A DNA stretch of 43,307 bases from a virus. The stretch's first letter is position 1; every line of letters starts with the position of its first letter. This document shows positions 25,388-34,337 of the stretch, piece after piece. Below the pieces are notes generated by a model. The model was given only the letters and a program-made list of their open reading frames with translations, had not been told where the DNA came from and searched no databases. Made by a program: the position numbers and the translations under genes. Location of the stretch: positions 1 through 43,307 of IMG/VR virus record IMGVR_UViG_3300045988_156495, one strand, 5' to 3'.

Positions 25388-26419
25388 GGTGGTTGTTGTT
25401 GTTTTGCCTGGAACGATCACTTTGGCTTGCAAGACATTCTCGGCTTCTGGGAAGCTAGGAAGTGCAGTGGCTGCTGCCTTTTCCCACGTTGCAATTGGAT
25501 CTTGCGTGGTTTCGTAAACGGTGGTGAACACATTGCCAACAGTGCCCTGTTGAACACCCGGAGTTGCGATCAATCGAGACTCTTCAGGGGTAGGACCATA
25601 AACGGTTTGCCCGAGCTGATCATCACCAAAGGCTACCAAAGTATCTTCCGGGAAGTACCGTTCAACGGTATAGATACCATTGGCTCCCTGCTTGCGGTAC
25701 TTGGCATCATACGTCACGATGGTTGGCAAGCCGAACGACTGCATAACCGCATTGAGACTGCCAACACTAGGCAACAGGCCTGCTGTCTTGAAGTAGTCAG
25801 CAAATGCTTTACTCCGGATCAGGGCAGTTTGTACCTTGGAAGAAGTCAAGATTCGCGTTGGCGCGTAGTCGAGCAGTGCAAACCAGTCTTGCAAGTCCTT
25901 AATCGGATCAGCACCATTTGCATCCCAAGAAGTAGTTGCGGTAACTTGGTGTTCACTTGGAACATGGTAATCAACATCGAAGTTGAGATTGTTCTCATTA
26001 ATGGTGATCTTACCAGTTGCCAAAGCCTCCATGCGCATCTTTTCAACGCGTGCATAAACACCTTGAACCAAAACATCCAAGTCGTTGTACACAAGGCTGG
26101 TCAGGTAGTTCTGTTCAGCCGGTGTGCGCGGATTGCGTAATGCGATCAGGTCCTTTTCCTTAAGCTGCATCTTGCGTTTGATGTAGCCAAGTTCAGCGGC
26201 CTGAACGCTCGCTTCACGACTGCCAATCTCCGCTTCCGTATCGAATGCAGAAATAGATGCCACGATAGGCGTCTTAGAACCACCACGAAGAAATTCAAAA
26301 TCCAACTGATTAATTTTGGTTGATGGGAACAAGGTGTCCCCAAGTAATTGCGGATACTGGCGGTTTTGAACGTAATCAAGTACCGTCTTTTGATTAAACA
26401 AATCTAAAATAGCTGGCAT
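25370..26419 (-). CDS. Major capsid protein (lambda gpE-like family) with a C-terminal (Thr)7-Ser-His-Val tail
   Basis: 349 aa. MPAILDLFNQKTVLDYVQNRQYPQLLGDTLFP resembles the capsid protein E family. Lies after the scaffold and decoration genes. Ends ...VPGKTTTTTTTSHV. Confidence 0.8.
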   Translation of the reverse strand: MPAILDLFNQKTVLDYVQNRQYPQLLGDTLFPSTKINQLDFEFLRGGSKTPIVASISAFDTEAEIGSREASVQAAELGYIKRKMQLKEKDLIALRNPRTPAEQNYLTSLVYNDLDVLVQGVYARVEKMRMEALATGKITINENNLNFDVDYHVPSEHQVTATTSWDANGADPIKDLQDWFALLDYAPTRILTSSKVQTALIRSKAFADYFKTAGLLPSVGSLNAVMQSFGLPTIVTYDAKYRKQGANGIYTVERYFPEDTLVAFGDDQLGQTVYGPTPEESRLIATPGVQQGTVGNVFTTVYETTQDPIATWEKAAATALPSFPEAENVLQAKVIVPGKTTTTTTTSHV

Positions 26420-26432
26420 AAGTTAATCCTCC

Positions 26433-26747
26433 TTAGTCAGAAACGTGGCTGAATTTGATTTCTTTCAGCGCAGTGATAGCATTACTGGACGGCTTGACTG
26501 GCAAGCGAGCTGCGTTCACATATCCTTCAACGATGACGCCTACGGGTTGAGAACCCTCACTGACATCAACATCATTAATGGTCACACCGACTGCCGTTGC
26601 ATCGTTCTTTGGATAGATAGAACCTGCTGGCAATACACCTTTTACGACACCATCAGTTGAACTGTCGGCTTGGTGAGTGAATGAAACGAATTTCTCGCTA
26701 TCCAAGAAGTTGATCTCAGATGCGGTTACATTTTTACCTGCGTACAT
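26433..26747 (-). CDS. Putative head decoration protein
   Basis: 104 aa, between the scaffold and the gpE-like capsid gene, as in lambda gpD-type arrangements. Confidence 0.45.
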   Translation of the reverse strand: MYAGKNVTASEINFLDSEKFVSFTHQADSSTDGVVKGVLPAGSIYPKNDATAVGVTINDVDVSEGSQPVGVIVEGYVNAARLPVKPSSNAITALKEIKFSHVSD

Positions 26748-26759
26748 AAAAGTACCTCC

Positions 26760-27398
26760 TTATTTTTGTTTCCATGGATCGCTAACAGCTTGGCTCTGCT
26801 GATTCCGTTGTTTAGCAAATGCCGCGCCCGGAGTCTCCACCTTTGAACCATGCGTTTTGGGTGTGCTGCCCTTAAGCAACTCTTGACGAACACCTTCAGC
26901 CACTGCCTGATCATGCGCAATGAGCCACTTTACATTCGCCTCAGTAGATTCTGCCTCTGGCGTTACAACGTGCTGCAAATCGTCCTCAGTGACTGTCAAT
27001 TTGGCGTCCTCAAACATCGATCGAGCCTGTTTGCCCATCTCGTAGGTGGCAAGCTGTGACTTGAGTTCGTCTCGCTCTTTTTGAGCCTTTTCTAGCTCAT
27101 AGTCCTTCTTCTGGTCGGCATTCATCTTGGCCAGCTTTGCGGCCTCGTCAACAGCAGCTTGTTTCTCCTTCTCGGCACGAGCAAGACGTTTTTTAACAAT
27201 ATCGTTGACTTCCTCGTCCGTGTAGGTATGCCGATCAGAGCTTTCATCAGAACTGTCTTGGCCATTTTCCGAGTCTTGAGCGTTGGCGTCATTGTCACTT
27301 TGAGATTCGCCGTTTTGCTGGTTCTCTTGACTACCGTCAGCACCAGTATCTTCAGCGAAAAATTGCAAATTCATTGGCATTAAAATCTTAGGAATCAT
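26760..27398 (-). CDS. Capsid scaffolding protein (DUF4355-like)
   Basis: Contains the hallmark MNLQFFAE motif. Acidic N-terminal region and then a coiled-coil. GGAAGGAG RBS 8 nt before the ATG at 27398. Confidence 0.75.
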   Translation of the reverse strand: MIPKILMPMNLQFFAEDTGADGSQENQQNGESQSDNDANAQDSENGQDSSDESSDRHTYTDEEVNDIVKKRLARAEKEKQAAVDEAAKLAKMNADQKKDYELEKAQKERDELKSQLATYEMGKQARSMFEDAKLTVTEDDLQHVVTPEAESTEANVKWLIAHDQAVAEGVRQELLKGSTPKTHGSKVETPGAAFAKQRNQQSQAVSDPWKQK

Positions 27399-27493
27399 GT
27401 TCAGAACTCCTTCCACAGCTTTTTAGACGGATCAGACTTGCGTCTTAATTTACCGGAGCTTTTATAGTCGATCACGCTTGGACTTGATGGCAT

Positions 27494-27516
27494 AAAAATA
27501 GCCGCTTGCTGCGGCT
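27494..27516 (-). terminator. Internal stem-loop terminator in the head module
   Basis: Minus strand: AGCCGC-agcaa-GCGGCT followed by ATTTTTA. The stem overlaps the stop of the 27516..27881 gene. Confidence 0.55.
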
Positions 27517-27881
27517 TACAAAAATCCTTTACGGCGTTGTGCGTCTCTAGATCGTTTATCAAGCTCGTGCTTGATCGGCACCGCCAATTTTTCGGCAAGC
27601 AATTTACCATCTACCCGAACACCTGATGGTTCGTGTGTTTCTTCAAAGATGTCAGGCTTGCACGGATAGAATTCGCCATGAACGCCCTTGATGATGTAAT
27701 CGCCAACTTGAGCGGTCATAACGCCTTCAAGTGTTGGAATCTTCAAAACTGGGTTATCCGGATCTTCATATGACACGTTAACCGGATCCAATCCAAGGAC
27801 ATCGTTGATCTTGATTAATGTGTCTGGATCGTCAGCAAACTGAACAGCTTCAATTTCAACCGGCTTCTTACGATATTTCAT
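27516..27881 (-). CDS. Hypothetical protein
   Basis: 121-aa ORF with a GGAGGA RBS. MKYRKKPVEIEAVQF...GDYIIKGVHGEFYPCKPDIF has no confident family assignment. Confidence 0.55.
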   Translation of the reverse strand: MKYRKKPVEIEAVQFADDPDTLIKINDVLGLDPVNVSYEDPDNPVLKIPTLEGVMTAQVGDYIIKGVHGEFYPCKPDIFEETHEPSGVRVDGKLLAEKLAVPIKHELDKRSRDAQRRKGFL

Positions 27882-27897
27882 TGCATTTCCTCCTGGA

Positions 27898-28338
27898 TTA
27901 GAAACTGTATTCTTGCTTGATGTCGTCTATACCATGCACATTGGCAGCAAGTTTAATGACAACTTTGGTATGATCGCCGACCTTTGAATCGATGTTCATA
28001 TGAATGACACCTTCAATACGTTTGCCGTTAAGATATGGGCCGTCATCTTTCAGTTCAATAACGCTTAGGTGAGGACCTGACACGTTACCAGATGTCGATT
28101 TAGTGTCGCCGATTAATGACAGTCCCATATAATTGGCAAGTGTCGCATTGTCGATTATCATCAGTTTGCCGTTGACATATAAATTACCATTCTGAATGGT
28201 CACATTGTCATCGCATCGATTGTATGCGGTCAGGATAAGCGCTCCTAGCTGATAATCTTTGATGCCATTAGCTAATGCGGCCAAATCAAGTAGTCGTTTC
28301 TTGATGCCTTCACGAGTTTTCAAATCTTCATTGCTCAT
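27898..28338 (-). CDS. Hypothetical protein
   Basis: 146-aa ORF with a GGAGGA RBS, packed between the minor capsid gene and the 27516..27881 gene. Confidence 0.55.
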   Translation of the reverse strand: MSNEDLKTREGIKKRLLDLAALANGIKDYQLGALILTAYNRCDDNVTIQNGNLYVNGKLMIIDNATLANYMGLSLIGDTKSTSGNVSGPHLSVIELKDDGPYLNGKRIEGVIHMNIDSKVGDHTKVVIKLAANVHGIDDIKQEYSF

Positions 28339-28349
28339 GGTATTTCCTC

Positions 28350-29339
28350 CTAATCATCGTCTGGCATATAAGCCGCAATGGAGCATCGGCAATCGGGGTG
28401 AACTGGAATATCTGGCACATCGTCTACACGATAAATGCCTCTACCAGTTCTGCCACCTTCTGAAATCTCCTTGCACACATCACACGCGCTTGGCTCAGCC
28501 ACCCATTTGCAATAGTCATAGCTGAACTTGTGGAAGCTATCTAATTGCGCCTGCGTTTGAATCCGAGCTGACTCAGTACGTGCAATTCGTTCTGTCACAT
28601 AGCGGTGATTGTTCACCGTTTCTGCCACTTGACCGCGTAACTTGCGAGCAATCTTTAGTGGGCTCTGTCCTTGAATGGTGGCGGCAGTCAATAGCTCATC
28701 CAGTTCAGCTTTAAGAATGTCTTGGTTGATCCAAATGCGTTGTGAGAAGGTGTAATCTCCCTCTCTTTTGGAGAGCAATTTGGATAAATCAGTGTAGCCG
28801 CTCTTAGATACCGTCTCTCCAAGTATTCCGGATTGCCGTTTGATCTCAGATTGATAATCATCGCTCAATTTTGAGATTAAATCGGCGTTCACTTTCATGT
28901 GTGCATCAAGCATTTCTTGACCAATCTCACTCTTGAGCATTTCTAAACGGTTAATGCGCATGGTAGCGTTGTATAGCTTGAGACGATCATTGACATCCTT
29001 GCTAAAGTCGGAATATTTGAGCGGTTCGCCGTTGTACATCTTTCTAGCATCATCAACAATCGACTTTGCTTCCGCTTGATAAGCTTTAATATCGGTAGCC
29101 ATCACTGCTTGACGCGCACCGGCCATACTGTCATTGCTATATGCGGCATACTTGGCAAGCTCTGAATCAATATCCTTTTGAATGTTGGTTAAAGCTTTGT
29201 CAAAATATTCCTGAATTCGGGCATTGAACGCCTCGTCATTCTTAAGATTCTCGGCAATCCATTTCCGTTCAGCGGCCGTTCGCTTATTCCAGTAGGCAGA
29301 ATTACTCGCTATCTGTTGCTGAGTCGTTGTTGTCATCAT
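28350..29339 (-). CDS. Minor capsid / head morphogenesis protein (SPP1 gp7 / Mu F family)
   Basis: Follows the portal gene. The C-terminal CDVCKEISEGGRTGRGIYRVDDVPDIPVHPDCRCSI is the typical Mu-F family end. The ATG at 29339 lies behind GGAGGGAG. Confidence 0.8.
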   Translation of the reverse strand: MMTTTTQQQIASNSAYWNKRTAAERKWIAENLKNDEAFNARIQEYFDKALTNIQKDIDSELAKYAAYSNDSMAGARQAVMATDIKAYQAEAKSIVDDARKMYNGEPLKYSDFSKDVNDRLKLYNATMRINRLEMLKSEIGQEMLDAHMKVNADLISKLSDDYQSEIKRQSGILGETVSKSGYTDLSKLLSKREGDYTFSQRIWINQDILKAELDELLTAATIQGQSPLKIARKLRGQVAETVNNHRYVTERIARTESARIQTQAQLDSFHKFSYDYCKWVAEPSACDVCKEISEGGRTGRGIYRVDDVPDIPVHPDCRCSIAAYMPDDD

Positions 29340-30966
29340 TGCTCCCTCCATCAGTCGAAGGCTTGCCGTCTGGGGTCAGTTTAAATCCTTTGCCGGCATC
29401 TCCCAGAATCTCGGCAGCTTTCTCCTCATCAAAGGGAAACGCGGAAGTAAGCATTTGAATAGCTGATTCTCTTGGCAAAGCATGTGAGGCAACCTGCTGC
29501 ACGATTGAAATCATAGACGTGATCTGAGATCCATTAAGGCTTACTTGCTGAACAGTCTTAGCATCTGTACCGCTGGCATCGTCACCATTCATGAATTTCT
29601 GGAAGTCTGGACTTGATGGGCTGTTAGTAGCAGCGTCCTTTGCTTTCTGGGCAGTCTCGTCAGCAATACGTTTAATTTCAGCCTTAGGATCATCGACAAA
29701 CGATAAGGTACTCAGCATGGTTTGATCTGATACAAGCCCTTTGAGTTTAGAAGCCGCGTCCGCTTCGTCGGTAATGTTCTCCGGAAGATTTCGCGTGAAT
29801 GCGAAGTTAAGCTTTTGCCAGGCATCAGATTTACTTTCTGGAAGGATTGTCCCAACACTGAATGCGATCTTGTAAAGGGACCGGAGTGACTGTGTGAACT
29901 TACGATCTTGATTGGCCGCTAGGTTCCTCATTGGTAGCAATTTGTACTGTAATGCGACACCCGAACTATTACCGCTGAATGCTTCGTCGTTCAGATTTGC
30001 GACCATGCTAATCTGATAGATCATGCTGATGAGACGGTCAATGAGGTGTTCTTGAATTGCATCGCCATCAGGTTTGGTCAGAAATTCAGCTACGCCTTGA
30101 GCAGAATCGGCGTCTGGCGCATAGATGATTTGGTTGCCGTTAAGATCGAGTTTGGGGTTACCATCATCGTCTTCATCAAGTTTCAGACCCTTAAGAACCA
30201 AGTACGCATTGTCAAAATATTCATTCTGGTTCGCCTTTTGGCTTAGTACCTTGTCTAACGCATTGATGAGCGTCTCGACGTTTTCAAAGACGCCTTGACG
30301 CTCGGTGTTCATGAAGAACTCAACTGCCGGTACTTCGTTAAATGGGTTAAATCCGTCTGTCCCTTCAAGGCGTGTCATATCAAGAGCGTATATGCCGTCT
30401 CTCAGGTATACCTTTCCGGTCAACGTCTTGTCTTCATCATGCCAATACATGACAAACGCAATGGCTTTGTGCGCTACCGTGTCGTCATAGACAATGAATG
30501 AATTGATAGGCGAGCTGTACGCAATACACGTCTTGCTGTTTTCGTCCTGGTACAAAAAAGCAAGCGCCCGTCCGTAAATGGCTGCTTGCTTGCTGATTTC
30601 GCTTAATTTGTCCTGAACGCTGTTCGTATCGTTCCACTCTTGCAGCACGGTGTTGTCCTGTGTGTTGTCGAGCATGATCTTTGGTGGAATGCCAATGTAA
30701 AAACCATTGTAGGTATCCACGATATAGTGAGCCAAGTTGCCAACAAGACGATTGTCTGGCCCGTGGTCCTTTTTCGCATCATCAATAATCTGGTGCTGAC
30801 CGAGGTACATTTTCTTTGCTGGAAGGTACTTGTTTTTAGCTAGATCATCATTGGCAGTAATAAACGCATTGATGTCATCGCCAGTTAGCTCTTCATCGGT
30901 CGGAAAAATAAACACATCTCCGTCTGTAATTGAGCCTTTACCTTGAACTGTTAATATGATGGCCAC
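29302..30966 (-). CDS. Portal protein (SPP1 gp6-like)
   Basis: 554 aa, immediately after terL, with an acidic C-terminal tail. Size and position are characteristic. Confidence 0.85.
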   Translation of the reverse strand: MAIILTVQGKGSITDGDVFIFPTDEELTGDDINAFITANDDLAKNKYLPAKKMYLGQHQIIDDAKKDHGPDNRLVGNLAHYIVDTYNGFYIGIPPKIMLDNTQDNTVLQEWNDTNSVQDKLSEISKQAAIYGRALAFLYQDENSKTCIAYSSPINSFIVYDDTVAHKAIAFVMYWHDEDKTLTGKVYLRDGIYALDMTRLEGTDGFNPFNEVPAVEFFMNTERQGVFENVETLINALDKVLSQKANQNEYFDNAYLVLKGLKLDEDDDGNPKLDLNGNQIIYAPDADSAQGVAEFLTKPDGDAIQEHLIDRLISMIYQISMVANLNDEAFSGNSSGVALQYKLLPMRNLAANQDRKFTQSLRSLYKIAFSVGTILPESKSDAWQKLNFAFTRNLPENITDEADAASKLKGLVSDQTMLSTLSFVDDPKAEIKRIADETAQKAKDAATNSPSSPDFQKFMNGDDASGTDAKTVQQVSLNGSQITSMISIVQQVASHALPRESAIQMLTSAFPFDEEKAAEILGDAGKGFKLTPDGKPSTDGGSNDDNNDSATDSE

Positions 30967-30970
30967 CTCC

Positions 30971-32257
30971 TTAGAAGTATTTACTTGTGTTCTTGAACGT
31001 ATGAGCTACATTCCTTCGTTTGATTACCTGCATGACAAAATATCTCATGGCGTCCATTGCGTGGTCATGTGCCTTAACCACTTTGTCTTCACCCTTTTGA
31101 CTGGCCTTGTCATCCCACACATAAGACGCGAACTCTTTGAACAGATTAGTTAGCCCAGGTGTGAACTTGATCTCACCAGAGTTCATAGCTGTTTGCGTTT
31201 CTCTAATGCCGTTTAGCACATCGTTATCAGCTTTAATAACTCGATACCGGCGTTCTCTCAATTTGGTAATAAATGAAGCCGCTGATGGATCAACAATCAC
31301 TTCACAGCGTATGTCACCGACAAATTGGCTGAAATCCCGAGCGTATTCATCATCTGTCTTCTGTCTGCTGCTATGCCGTCCATCGTAGTAATACTCTTTG
31401 AGGCAATACCAAACAGACCCGCATTTACCCCAAAGCAAGAAAGCTGTGGGGTTCTGTGTGCCATAGTCAACACTGACATAGTATCGGCTTGGCTGCTGGC
31501 TTGGATTGCTGACCATCTCGTCTTTATTGAAGTTGTCGTAGACAATTCCATCAGCCAGAACCCATTGTCCCAGAATATATCGCTGGTAAAACACTCCTGA
31601 GTACATATGTTCGTACCTGTCAATAACTTCATTGCTCAGGCTTGGGTTGTCCGTCATCACAAAGTGGAGACGCAATGCGCGTTTATCGTCTGCTTGATCA
31701 ATCCAATCAGTCTTGAACCAGTGATACGGGCCCTCTGGGTTCATATTGAACCAGTATTTGCCACCAGTAACGGAAACACGCGCTGTCGCTTGATTGACAA
31801 ACGACTGTGGCATGAGAGCTGCTTCATCAAAGAACATTCCGGCAAGTGTGATCCCTTGAATCAGATCTTGGCTGCTTTCATCTTTACCACCGAATAAGTA
31901 GTATAAGTTGGTTCTTCCATCAAGGCTGATTTCCAGCATATTTTCTGAACGCCGATCCACAACTGAGAATCCCACTTGTTGCAATGTTTGTTTGAGTGGC
32001 CTGATAACATTTCGACGCAATGATCCAATGGTTTTTCCGGCAATGCCAAATTGCTCGTGGTCAAACATAATCATGCTCCACAGAACATAGCTGATCGACA
32101 TCGCAAACGTCTTTCCGGAACGCACAGCACCATCAGCAATGATTGTCTGCTTGTCTGGATAGCGGCGCCACCAGTTGATGATGTCTAACTGTTTCCCTTT
32201 GAATTGATCAATCGGAGTTGTCATTGACATCACCACCCTTTGGGATACTCTCATCAA
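30971..32257 (-). CDS. terL: Terminase large subunit (PBSX-type)
   Basis: Walker A in IADGAVRSGKT. The C-terminal nuclease region contains HAMDAMRY. The true start may be an internal ATG at 32230 or 32224, behind GGGTGGTG. Confidence 0.9.
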   Translation of the reverse strand: MMRVSQRVVMSMTTPIDQFKGKQLDIINWWRRYPDKQTIIADGAVRSGKTFAMSISYVLWSMIMFDHEQFGIAGKTIGSLRRNVIRPLKQTLQQVGFSVVDRRSENMLEISLDGRTNLYYLFGGKDESSQDLIQGITLAGMFFDEAALMPQSFVNQATARVSVTGGKYWFNMNPEGPYHWFKTDWIDQADDKRALRLHFVMTDNPSLSNEVIDRYEHMYSGVFYQRYILGQWVLADGIVYDNFNKDEMVSNPSQQPSRYYVSVDYGTQNPTAFLLWGKCGSVWYCLKEYYYDGRHSSRQKTDDEYARDFSQFVGDIRCEVIVDPSAASFITKLRERRYRVIKADNDVLNGIRETQTAMNSGEIKFTPGLTNLFKEFASYVWDDKASQKGEDKVVKAHDHAMDAMRYFVMQVIKRRNVAHTFKNTSKYF

Positions 32258-32780
32258 TTGCTGCCAAAAGCTTGTTCAGTCCTCCATCTTGTCCTTCTGG
32301 TGTGCGATAGGCGTTGGCCTTGGCTTCCATGATGTCAGCCTCAGCTTTGGACTTGCGAACATCAGCCTTAGTTTTCTCAATATCAGTAATAATCTTCGTT
32401 AGCTGAGCATTGAGCAACTCATCATTGCCAGGGTAACGCTTTAACAATTCGCGTCCTGCTGCCATGCGGTCTTTGATGCTTGGCTCGTTTTCAACAGCAT
32501 CTGCACCGTCTGGAGTGCTAACTATAATTGTCTCTTTTGCCTCTCCACGGAGAACGGTAGTGAAGTATTGAAGCACCTCAGCAGCCTTGGCAATCTTGTC
32601 AGATTCTAGGCGTTTCATGCGTTCGTCGATGGCAGCTTTAATGTTAGGTTTTGTTAGGTTTTCTGCACCGGCAAACCTAGCCGTTCTTTTGCTGTATCCT
32701 GCTTCTAGTGCCGCTTTGGTGGCATTGCTATCAGCAATATAAGAATCAACGAACTTCTTCTGTTTTGCTGTCAGTCGCAT
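32208..32780 (-). CDS. terS: Terminase small subunit (Terminase_2-like)
   Basis: MRLTAKQKKFVDSYIADSNATKAALEAGYSKRTARFAGAENLTKPNI is the typical terS HTH N-terminus. Confidence 0.85.
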   Translation of the reverse strand: MRLTAKQKKFVDSYIADSNATKAALEAGYSKRTARFAGAENLTKPNIKAAIDERMKRLESDKIAKAAEVLQYFTTVLRGEAKETIIVSTPDGADAVENEPSIKDRMAAGRELLKRYPGNDELLNAQLTKIITDIEKTKADVRKSKAEADIMEAKANAYRTPEGQDGGLNKLLAAIDESIPKGGDVNDNSD

Positions 32781-32807
32781 TACATATCACCACACCTTCC
32801 TTCCATT

Positions 32808-32837
32808 AAAAAAGCGGTAGCTAGTTAGCTATCGCTG
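32808..32837 (-). terminator. Rho-independent terminator separating the middle genes from the packaging operon
   Basis: Minus strand: AGCGATAGCT-aact-AGCTACCGCT (9 of 10 bp paired) followed by TTTTTTAA. Confidence 0.65.
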
Positions 32838-32925
32838 GTTATAATTCATTAAGCTGTTGTTACTCCTGGATTGTCTTTACTAGGCTGTTTCTTCTTATCA
32901 GCCTTGGCCTTGTCCCGCTGTTTTT

Positions 32926-33156
32926 TCAACTTGTCCTTGAGGTTCTTATAGACGTCTTTTGGTGACGGCAAGTGGAATGCCACAGTATCCACCCCCTTTT
33001 TGACAAGCATACCTTACTTTCAGGATGTGCGTATCCGCCTCGCGTCTTAACTTGATTAGAGCGTGAACGGACAATTTCTCTGTCAATCTTGCCGATGGTC
33101 CACGCTTCAACTTTCGGCATGTAAACGCCGTATTTTGTTGTAATCATTTGAGCCAT
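32926..33156 (-). CDS. Hypothetical protein, apparently frame-interrupted at an A5G5 tract (the -1 frame continues to 32849)
   Basis: The 76-aa ORF runs through CAAAAAGGGGG (32991..33001). The -1 frame after this tract stays open for 47 more codons (VDTVAFHLPSPKDVYKNLKDKLKKQRDKAKADKKK...) and stops just before the terminator. Confidence 0.4.
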   Translation of the reverse strand: MAQMITTKYGVYMPKVEAWTIGKIDREIVRSRSNQVKTRGGYAHPESKVCLSKRGWILWHSTCRHQKTSIRTSRTS

Positions 33157-33165
33157 GAAATCACC

Positions 33166-34314
33166 TCACACATAGTAAATGGCACGGGTATCATGATCGC
33201 TGTATTCGACCAGCTCAAACGTTTTGTGAGCAACCACGCCAATATCATCAGTCCACTGATCGGTTGGCTTGCGTGTCGATACTTGACGCTGAACGAATCC
33301 GCCTAGGTCTTTGCTCATCTCTGAATGGAGATGCCCCGTAAACAGTTCGCGGTTCTGTGCTGTGCCTAACATGAATCCAAACTCATCTAGGTATTTTGCA
33401 AGGTAGTTGTTCTTACCTTTGTCACCATGAGTAGCACCAATGAAGTTGTGGCCTAACATTGCGCCTTTGTAATGCTTCAGTGATATGTCCCAAGTAATGT
33501 TTGTTTGGTTGCTGTAGGCGCGTTTCAATAACCGTGCGAACATGTATCCAACTGACGGATCGTGGTTACCTGGCGCATACATGACCTCACACTCATTGGC
33601 GTTCTTAATGATTGCTTCAATCAGTGTCTCGAAGTATTGCTCCATTTCGTTCACAGTCTCGCCTAAGTCGGTTGTTTCGAGCTGTGTGCCCTTTGCTGTG
33701 GTTGAGTTGATATTATCCACATGAGCTAGATCACCGCCCAGAATGAGCAATATTTTAGCGTAGTGGCCGCGTTGAATGATCTCTAGCTGACGTTTAAGAG
33801 ATTCAGCATAGACATCGAATGTGTGGCCGTTGAAATGTGTATCAAACGCAGGAATGACTAGATAGCGATCTGATTCCACAAAAATAGGAGCCTTGGCTTG
33901 ATACGGCTCCTTGTGTGTGATGATGTCATTCATCAATGATTCATATTGTTCTGCTTCGACTAACGGCCTGATTTGTATCTTGCTTTGATACAATGTTGCT
34001 TCAGGCGTCTGCTTCCAAAAATTGCTTGTGGCACGTACAAGCTCCCACTTGGTGTAATCATATCCGTGAGCTTCCAAAACCTCTCTAGGAGTCATTTTGT
34101 GACCCCTGACAACCTTTAGAATGGTTTCACTGGATTGTGTTCCGTCTGAATCGTATTCATTCTTCAACGGCTTTTGGAACTCGACACCAAGACGGCTTGC
34201 TTTTCCCTGAAGCGCGTCATAGCTAATCCCGAGTTTGTCGGCTGTCTCGCGTCTGGTAAAGCCTTCAGAGGCGAGCTTCCTAATGTCACTGATCTGTTCA
34301 TCTGTCCATTGCAT
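33166..34314 (-). CDS. HTH domain fused to a calcineurin-like metallophosphoesterase
   Basis: N-terminal DIRKLASEGFTRRETADKLGISYDAL (HTH). Phosphoesterase motifs are all present: DTH (AFDTHFNG), GGDLAH, GNHD, HGD, GHLH. Confidence 0.7.
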   Translation of the reverse strand: MQWTDEQISDIRKLASEGFTRRETADKLGISYDALQGKASRLGVEFQKPLKNEYDSDGTQSSETILKVVRGHKMTPREVLEAHGYDYTKWELVRATSNFWKQTPEATLYQSKIQIRPLVEAEQYESLMNDIITHKEPYQAKAPIFVESDRYLVIPAFDTHFNGHTFDVYAESLKRQLEIIQRGHYAKILLILGGDLAHVDNINSTTAKGTQLETTDLGETVNEMEQYFETLIEAIIKNANECEVMYAPGNHDPSVGYMFARLLKRAYSNQTNITWDISLKHYKGAMLGHNFIGATHGDKGKNNYLAKYLDEFGFMLGTAQNRELFTGHLHSEMSKDLGGFVQRQVSTRKPTDQWTDDIGVVAHKTFELVEYSDHDTRAIYYV

Positions 34315-34337
34315 CTACTCGCCTCCTAAAATTTAAA

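Noticed and set aside
25376-26140. 254-aa plus-strand ORF
   Set aside because: It is antisense to the well-supported major capsid gene and begins in the poly-Thr codon run. It has no RBS and an implausible Cys/Arg-rich translation.
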